IMG/VR virus record: IMGVR_UViG_3300010234_000011
Span: 1 to 61,633 of that record
DNA length: 61,633 nucleotides
Reading direction: 5' to 3' (one strand)
Source: a virus
Taxonomy: Duplodnaviria; Caudoviricetes
Position 1 is the stretch's first letter. Each line of letters starts with the position of its first letter. Positions 55,368 to 61,633 of this stretch are shown here, piece by piece. Both the position numbers and the translations under genes were made by a program. The notes below the pieces were generated by a model that saw nothing but the letters and a program-made list of their open reading frames with translations, searched no databases and was not told where the DNA came from.

Positions 55368-55682
55368 ATGCAGATACTCAAAGAGCTAATCGGCCAGAAG
55401 GTCATCATCCGTTCCGGCGACAGTGGGGTGCACTATGGCACGTTGCAGGAATGGGAGGACGGCGCAGTCCATCTGACTGACTCGCGACGTCTGTGGTACT
55501 GGGAGATTGACGGCGAAGGTGTGAGCCTGTCTGAAGTGGCCATTCAAGGCGTCGATCAGAAGAAGTCGACGGTCACCATGACCCTGCCGCATATTTTCGT
55601 CAGCGGCGTGTGCGAGATTATCCCGGCACATGGGCTCGCTATTGCCACAATCGAAGGTGCACCCATCGGTAAGGCTAAGTAA
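55368..55682 (+). CDS. DUF6948-like small beta-barrel protein
   Basis: IG.KVIIR...SGVHYGTL......V.L..SRRLWYW....SLSEVA..GV...EIIP pattern (family recalled, not searched). Confidence 0.7.
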   Translation: MQILKELIGQKVIIRSGDSGVHYGTLQEWEDGAVHLTDSRRLWYWEIDGEGVSLSEVAIQGVDQKKSTVTMTLPHIFVSGVCEIIPAHGLAIATIEGAPIGKAK

Positions 55683-55703
55683 GGTTACACGCAACGTGTA
55701 ACC
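55683..55703. promoter_or_regulatory. 21-bp palindrome copy directly after a stop codon and before an RBS
   Basis: TAA-ggttacacg-caa-cgtgtaacc-accaactaaggag. Confidence 0.85.
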
Positions 55704-55723
55704 ACCAACTAAGGAGAGAGATT

Positions 55724-56572
55724 ATGATGAATACGTTTCAGGATGTGAGGGACCGATACAATAGTATCAGGCCCGTACTCAGTAACCTGCACTCCGAGGA
55801 GCAGGATATACGCCCCCTAGACAAGCGCAGTAGGAAGTGGGAGCGCATCCAGAAGGTGAGCAACAAGTGCTACGCACTGGTCGGCGGGTATGTGGATGAC
55901 GGCGTCTCATACTGGGCTTGGAGTGACAGGGGTGATGTGCCTATCCCCGACATAACTACAGTAGCGCCAATCGTATGGCGTCCGAACCAGATCACTATTC
56001 GTAACGGGCCGTCAGGCCGCATAAGCTGGCATAGGTTTCTGCGTGAGTATTTGCCGTACGAGTTTACGTTTACAGTAGAGCAGAGCGGCGAACACTACAT
56101 CAGCGTACTCGGCGATGATGCGCGGTACTATCTGCCCCCGAACAACAACGTATACCGGACTAAGAAACTGGTGTTCAAGTGGGTCGATAGCAAGTGGCAG
56201 GTCCACGGCAAGACGTACGAACCGGCGAAGTTCCGGTACCGTATAGATAAAGTCGCTAAAGCTAAATACGCCGACGCTATTAGCGACGTCCGTGAATGGG
56301 TGCGCCTAATGGAGCCGGTGCTGGGGAGTGTAGGTTGGATAGCCATGCGAGAGGCAAGACTCGCTGCGTTCCCCGACGGCCGCAGCCCCGGCGACGGCAA
56401 TCCCGTGCGAGAAGCCCTGTTGCAGCCCGAAAATCCGGAGATGCGGATGTGTATACTGCATGAGTTTATGTACGACACAAGACCCAGTGGCGAAAAGTCC
56501 TTCTCCAGAAGGTTTAACGAGTGGATAAACTATAGCGCGGGTTTCCGCACCAAACAAGGAGAGCAAGAATGA
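55724..56572 (+). CDS. hypothetical early protein
   Basis: 282 aa, strong RBS. Confidence 0.7.
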   Translation: MMNTFQDVRDRYNSIRPVLSNLHSEEQDIRPLDKRSRKWERIQKVSNKCYALVGGYVDDGVSYWAWSDRGDVPIPDITTVAPIVWRPNQITIRNGPSGRISWHRFLREYLPYEFTFTVEQSGEHYISVLGDDARYYLPPNNNVYRTKKLVFKWVDSKWQVHGKTYEPAKFRYRIDKVAKAKYADAISDVREWVRLMEPVLGSVGWIAMREARLAAFPDGRSPGDGNPVREALLQPENPEMRMCILHEFMYDTRPSGEKSFSRRFNEWINYSAGFRTKQGEQE

Positions 56573-57480
56573 CGTACACAATCAACCACAGATACATGGG
56601 GCTAATCGGAACACGGCGGGATTTCGAGGCGGAGTACGCGGCAGGGTGGCCTCCGGCCCCCACAGCTGCTCAGGAAGAGTTATTGGACGCAGCGACCAGA
56701 ACGTTCCCGCGGTTCGATGCTGTCATGCGGTCTGGGAGTAACGCCATCTATATATTCGATCCCGATCAAGACTTCGTCTCGCTGGCGATGCTGTCCCATG
56801 ATGACCTACGTACTCGCGGGGACCATTTGGGGAACCGCCGCACGTTCAACGTCACAAGCTGGAACATACGAAACGATAAGTACGCATCTACCAGCGAGGG
56901 ATACAATACGATCCGGCGTACAAAGCTGTCAGGTGCGCTTAGTGTAGCAACCAAGTACGTGTCACGGCTACCGATAGAGCGCCTAGTGAACGTCAGCTTA
57001 CCGTTTGCATGTGAGTGTTTACGCACTGCGGTTGGCGAAGTTTACAAAGAAACGGAACGCACAAAAGCGCGGATGGGCGTGAACTATGTTAGCAACGATA
57101 AGCCGGTTATACGCATACTCACAGAAGTTGCTAAGTTAGCGGATACGCTACCAATAAGCGACGAAGATAAGCGTGACCTCCTAGCGTTTGCCGGTTCCCA
57201 AAGTGCTGCTGCCGCCCCTGAGAACGCCATGCCCGATATGCGGTTCGTACACTACGACAGACGAGAGGATGTATATCACGTGCAGGACATTCGCCACTCC
57301 GGCAGCGGCAGCGGATATCACAAGCTAAATATCTCGGGCGACCCTATGCGTTACACTGAAGCCAATCTGCCGGAGTTTATCCGCGACAAGACGACCGTGC
57401 TACGCATTATGGATACGGGGAAATTAGTACCCGGTATCGGCGCACGCTTGTGCGACTCGGTTTGGTACGTCGTTGCCTGA
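56569..57480 (+). CDS. hypothetical protein; C-terminus resembles the next gene
   Basis: 303 aa; LPEFIRDK..VLRI...VPGIG.R vs LPKWLQDKL.VLRI...VPGVG.R in 57473..57733. Confidence 0.7.
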   Translation: MTYTINHRYMGLIGTRRDFEAEYAAGWPPAPTAAQEELLDAATRTFPRFDAVMRSGSNAIYIFDPDQDFVSLAMLSHDDLRTRGDHLGNRRTFNVTSWNIRNDKYASTSEGYNTIRRTKLSGALSVATKYVSRLPIERLVNVSLPFACECLRTAVGEVYKETERTKARMGVNYVSNDKPVIRILTEVAKLADTLPISDEDKRDLLAFAGSQSAAAAPENAMPDMRFVHYDRREDVYHVQDIRHSGSGSGYHKLNISGDPMRYTEANLPEFIRDKTTVLRIMDTGKLVPGIGARLCDSVWYVVA

Positions 57481-57733
57481 GCTAAAGTCACCGGACACCA
57501 CGTACCGCGTCTCTATAAACCCGACCACGGGGGGTATTGACGTTATGTGTTTCGGGATAGGTGAGGCTGGTGCACGTGTGGAGGGCGTGTATAATGATGT
57601 AGAGAGTCTGCCCAAGTGGCTGCAAGACAAGCTAACCGTCTTGCGTATTCTGCATGATCCACCGCCGGTATGTGATGTACCCGGCGTAGGTCGCCGGATG
57701 GGGCGCGACCTGTATTGGGTCTATCGGGAGTGA
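57473..57733 (+). CDS. hypothetical protein
   Basis: 86 aa, overlapping start. Confidence 0.65.
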   Translation: MPELKSPDTTYRVSINPTTGGIDVMCFGIGEAGARVEGVYNDVESLPKWLQDKLTVLRILHDPPPVCDVPGVGRRMGRDLYWVYRE

Positions 57734-57736
57734 GAT

Positions 57737-58022
57737 ATGACACCAGAAGCTAAAGTGAAACGGAAGGTAGTAGCGCAGCTAAAGAGTTTGTCTGCCTACT
57801 ACTTTTATCCTGTAACGGGCGGCTACGGACGCTCCGGAGTACCCGACATCGTCGGGTGCTACAACGGTCGGTTCTTCGCGATAGAATGTAAAGCCGGGAA
57901 GAACAAACCTACACCACTACAACAGAAGAACATCGACGAAATAACGAGTGCGCACGGAAGTGTGTGGGTTGCCAATGAACTGAACGCGGATGACACCGCA
58001 AAAATCCTGAAGGAGACTACCA

Positions 58023-58030
<8 letters not shown>
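57737..58030 (+). CDS. VRR-NUC-like nuclease / Holliday junction resolvase
   Basis: PEAKVK, SGVPDI, F.AIECKAG...T.LQ. Confidence 0.85.
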
Positions 58031-58617
<587 letters not shown>

Positions 58618-58625
<8 letters not shown>

Positions 58626-58701
58626 TCTTGGGGATATCGTAGGCGGGGTTTGCCTCGTCATCATAATTGTGGGGGTGCTCTACGCACCCCTGCTTTTCTA
58701 G
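58618..58701 (+). CDS. 27-aa single-TM peptide
   Basis: MPNLGDIVGGVCLVIIIVGVLYAPLLF; purine-rich RBS. Confidence 0.4.
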
Positions 58702-58715
58702 GTGGAGGCACCGGA

Positions 58716-58997
58716 ATGACCAACAACATCGTTGATCTGGACGCGCAACGCCCTCACGTCGCGGGCCCCGTTATCTGCTTGCACTGCGAACACGAGTGGG
58801 TGGCTGTAAGGCCGGTCGGTACGCACCCGATGGAATGCCCGAAGTGTCAGGCGATGATGAGCTACGCATGGAGTAATGTTCGACACGGCTTCACGGCGCT
58901 GTTGGGCGAGGAATGCTGCGGTCCAGCGTTGAAACTGGCCACGCTGGTTCACCGGCTCGGCATCATCGAATTTGGTGACAACACGGGTCACGAATAG
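58716..58997 (+). CDS. zinc-ribbon protein
   Basis: ggagg RBS; CLHC.HEWVAV...ECPKC. Confidence 0.65.
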   Translation: MTNNIVDLDAQRPHVAGPVICLHCEHEWVAVRPVGTHPMECPKCQAMMSYAWSNVRHGFTALLGEECCGPALKLATLVHRLGIIEFGDNTGHE

Positions 58998-59008
58998 GAG
59001 AGAATGAC

Positions 59009-59473
59009 ATGACGACGATCACTGACTACACGCCTATAGCGCTGCCGGAGCCAACCCGAGCGAGCATCGAAGGGGGAGCGGATAAAATCGTGGTGCCGCT
59101 TCACCACCAATACCCGACCGACGACCACGCCCTGCTGAAAGTGCGCGAAGATCATTACGCGATCTTCGAAACGCATCCGCCGCTTGTACATAGGTTCCAG
59201 TACCTGCTGCCGATCCTTCCATATTCTCTTTACCGGGTTGAGGAGGAGTGGCGGTCTTTTCTGTACTGGCGCGGCAAGGGGAAGCGGCAGAAACGGGGCG
59301 AGGTGATCTTTTTGAAGCACGAGTTTGAGGACATGCCGCGCATAAAGTGGAGTCCCCCGGAAAAGATGCCGGAGGCGCTTACTCGAACGTGGTTTCGGAC
59401 CGGTAAGGTTTCCGTACAGCGGGCCGAGACGGGGTGGACTGCGGTGGCGGAGGTTTCCCATGACCATAGTTGA
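59009..59473 (+). CDS. hypothetical protein
   Basis: 154 aa, aggag RBS. Confidence 0.55.
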   Translation: MTTITDYTPIALPEPTRASIEGGADKIVVPLHHQYPTDDHALLKVREDHYAIFETHPPLVHRFQYLLPILPYSLYRVEEEWRSFLYWRGKGKRQKRGEVIFLKHEFEDMPRIKWSPPEKMPEALTRTWFRTGKVSVQRAETGWTAVAEVSHDHS

Positions 59474-59774
59474 AGAGGTCTCAAAAATGATCCTCGAAGG
59501 TTACCGGCGGCATGAGATAGCGGAGAAGCTGGGTATCAGCGAAATGAGCGTCAGCAACGCGCGACGCTACGCAAACAAAAAAGGCGCTGGACTTCCATAC
59601 TTTCGGCGCACCTACCCGCCGCGCCTGACCATTGAGATGGCAAATCAAAACTGCCGTGAAAAGCTGGTGCGGGAAGCGGAGGCGCGCGGGCTTACGACAG
59701 CGCGGCTGGCGGGACACATCCTCACGCGGGTCATCAAGGATGATCTGATTAATGCGGTGCTGGATGATGCCTGA
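59460..59774 (+). CDS. HTH DNA-binding protein
   Basis: G....EIAEKLGISE.SV HTH; C-terminal EA.ARG.T...LA..IL..V..DDL..AVLD. Confidence 0.7.
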   Translation: MTIVEEVSKMILEGYRRHEIAEKLGISEMSVSNARRYANKKGAGLPYFRRTYPPRLTIEMANQNCREKLVREAEARGLTTARLAGHILTRVIKDDLINAVLDDA

Positions 59775-60018
59775 AATATTCACAATAGGAGCCGACAATA
59801 TGGCAGTAACAGAAGTGCTGTTTGCTTACACAGACTATCTGGGCAAGCTGTCGGTGCGCCGCGCAATACCGAAACGGTTTTGGCACGGCTCGACGCAGTA
59901 CCACCCAAACGAGCAATGGATCATGACGGCCTACGACATGGACACGGAAAAGGACCGCGACTTCGCGTTGAGCGGTTGCCATTTTATGACAACTTCATGG
60001 AGAGTAGACGATGACTAA
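59767..60018 (+). CDS. stand-alone WYL-like domain protein
   Basis: F.YTDY.G..S.RR..P..FW.GST.YHP..QW...A.D......RDFAL. Confidence 0.7.
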   Translation: MPEIFTIGADNMAVTEVLFAYTDYLGKLSVRRAIPKRFWHGSTQYHPNEQWIMTAYDMDTEKDRDFALSGCHFMTTSWRVDDD

Positions 60019-60307
60019 GGCAGCGAAGCTGGCCACGGAGCGAGGTGCGGTGGCGCAGGAGGGGTGGATGCTTTTAAGCGTTAGCCGCCACCCGAACAAG
60101 GCTAGGGTCGTATTGCGCCGCCCGCCCGGCGGCTTCCGGCGCTTTAAGTCGCTATGGCTGACGACCACGCCAGTCGAGATTAATGGATGGGGATGGATCA
60201 GACTGGACCCTCGGCCACCGACAAATGCGTACGGCGCTACGGAACCGCGAGTGCTGATTTCGACAAGTGGCAAGGGTGGCTGGAGGCGGCTAGAAGTTGG
60301 CGATTAG
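60011..60307 (+). CDS. hypothetical protein
   Basis: 98 aa, ggag RBS, overlapping start. Confidence 0.5.
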   Translation: MTKAAKLATERGAVAQEGWMLLSVSRHPNKARVVLRRPPGGFRRFKSLWLTTTPVEINGWGWIRLDPRPPTNAYGATEPRVLISTSGKGGWRRLEVGD

Positions 60308-60348
60308 TCGACGAAGCTGGACACGCGGCTGTCCTTTCGGTAGGAAGG

Positions 60349-60378
60349 GGGCGGGGCTGTAACCAGCAGCCACCGCCC
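60349..60378 (+). promoter_or_regulatory. leader hairpin, copy B (twin at 47664..47692)
   Basis: gggcggggctgta-acc-agcagccaccgccc just upstream of the ggagg RBS of the HNH gene. Confidence 0.6.
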
Positions 60379-60399
60379 ACACAGCGAATGGAGGTCGCC

Positions 60400-60960
60400 A
60401 TGTCTAAAACATCTATAATCTCAGTCTCAACACTTCACAAGGTCTTGCGTTGCGACCCCGACGCCGGAACGTTGCACTGGCGCGAGAGACCCGTCGAGCT
60501 TTTTGGCCACTGCAAAAATCCTGAACATGCTTGCGCTTCGTGGAATGCCAAACACGCAGGTAAGGAGGCGTTTACGGGGGACGACAGCAAGGGCTATCGG
60601 AAAGGCAGAATCTTCCATCGCCGCTACCGAGCCCATAGAGTACTCTACGCGATGGCGACAGGTGCGTGGCCGCCGGATCAGATCGACCACGTGAACGGCG
60701 TCAGGACCGACAATCGGATCGAAAACCTACGGAGTGTTACCCACGCCGAGAACGGACGCAATCAGGCCATTCCCCGCAACAACACCAGCGGCGTCATGGG
60801 AGTGGCCCGGCGCACGCGGGGTAAGAAGTGGCACGCGCAGATCAAGGTTGGCGGCAAGCAAATCCACCTAGGCTCGTTCGACGACAAGGACGAGGCCATC
60901 GCAGCCCGCGCCGCTGCCGATATCGAACACGGATTTCACGAAAATCACGGGCGCGACTAG
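60400..60960 (+). CDS. HNH homing endonuclease with C-terminal AP2 domain
   Basis: Start reassigned to 60400; AHRV...WP..QIDHVNG.RTDNRIENLR.VT..EN..N; NTSGV.GV...W.AQI...LGSF. Confidence 0.9.
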   Translation: MSKTSIISVSTLHKVLRCDPDAGTLHWRERPVELFGHCKNPEHACASWNAKHAGKEAFTGDDSKGYRKGRIFHRRYRAHRVLYAMATGAWPPDQIDHVNGVRTDNRIENLRSVTHAENGRNQAIPRNNTSGVMGVARRTRGKKWHAQIKVGGKQIHLGSFDDKDEAIAARAAADIEHGFHENHGRD

Positions 60961-61070
60961 GGCGGGACGGAGGAGTAAGCAGGGACTCAACTCCGTCCCT
61001 AACCGCTGCGACGTGGGAGAGGACCAAGTGCAGCGGTTACACACACTTAACATAGCACGGAGGATATACA

Positions 61071-61562
61071 ATGACAAAGAAAGAGGCACGGGTATGGGCG
61101 CACCTGCTAGGGAACCGGCGGGCAAGCCCGGAGGAAGTAGCCGACAAATGCGACGTAGGTGTTGCGTTTGTGGAGGGCCTCATCGCACGAATAGGCACCC
61201 CCGAAGAAGTATGGCGTAACGAGGACTCCGCCCCGCTACCTGACACAAACCCAAAAACGGCGTACGGTGAAGCGAAGCCGAAACTGTCCAGCACGCCGTT
61301 CAGTGCGTTATGGGATATGGGTGCTGTGTTCGAGCTTGGTGCGGCAAAATATGGTCGCTTCAACTGGCGGGCGCACGAGGTCAGCGCGACTGTCTATTTC
61401 GATGCTGCGATGCGGCACCTATCAGCGTGGATGGACGGGGAAGCGACGGACCCCGAGAGTGCGCAATCACATCTAGCGCATGTCATGGCCTGTATGGCGA
61501 TTTTGATCGACGCGGAAAAAACAGGCAAGCTAAACGATAATCGGCACGAGAGTCCAGATTAG
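61071..61562 (+). CDS. dATP/dGTP diphosphohydrolase (DUF5664-like) with an N-terminal HTH-like extension
   Basis: NPK...G..KP.LS..P, GAAKYG.FNWR, YFDAA.RHL.AW.DGE..DPES...HLAH..AC..IL.DA. Confidence 0.8.
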   Translation: MTKKEARVWAHLLGNRRASPEEVADKCDVGVAFVEGLIARIGTPEEVWRNEDSAPLPDTNPKTAYGEAKPKLSSTPFSALWDMGAVFELGAAKYGRFNWRAHEVSATVYFDAAMRHLSAWMDGEATDPESAQSHLAHVMACMAILIDAEKTGKLNDNRHESPD

Positions 61563-61573
61563 GGGGTACAAAT

Positions 61574-61633
<60 letters not shown>

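Noticed and set aside
60310-61070. Group I intron carrying the HNH endonuclease
   Set aside because: No interrupted host gene evident on either side and no recognisable group I core elements; treated as a free-standing HNH.
61071-61562. 2-aminoadenine (Z) genome pathway
   Set aside because: No PurZ (PurA-like) gene recognised anywhere in the window.

Overview
This window looks like an essentially complete, circularly permuted ~61.6 kb tailed-phage genome. It is podovirus-like: portal, HK97-type capsid, adaptor and nozzle, and large internal (ejection) proteins, with no tape-measure or major tail gene. The host is probably an Alphaproteobacterium, inferred from CTTGAC-N17-CTATA-type promoters and RP-rich motifs. 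The + strand carries early genes (48.0-61.6 kb) running across the window junction into the replication genes (0.08-9.5 kb: PolA, Cas4-like exonuclease, HNH, SNF2 helicase, SSB-like protein, primase-helicase). The - strand carries the late morphogenesis and lysis genes (47.6 to 9.5 kb). I recognised no integrase, reverse transcriptase, tRNA or CRISPR-Cas locus. The most unusual signals are in the early control region. (1) 13 copies of a 21-bp palindrome GGTTACACG-N3-CGTGTAACC, mostly at gene boundaries. (2) Two adjacent AP2-type DNA-binding genes bracketed by those palindromes, one an HNH homing-endonuclease derivative with the catalytic core deleted. (3) A strong sigma70 promoter followed by an rrn-like boxB/boxA and a ~400-nt highly base-paired non-coding RNA candidate. 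(4) Three paralogous (Gly-X)n micro-proteins, two next to a DUF6948-like gene and one translationally coupled to the DNA polymerase. (5) A 30-bp interspersed repeat cluster. All family assignments come from motif recognition by eye; no database searches were run.
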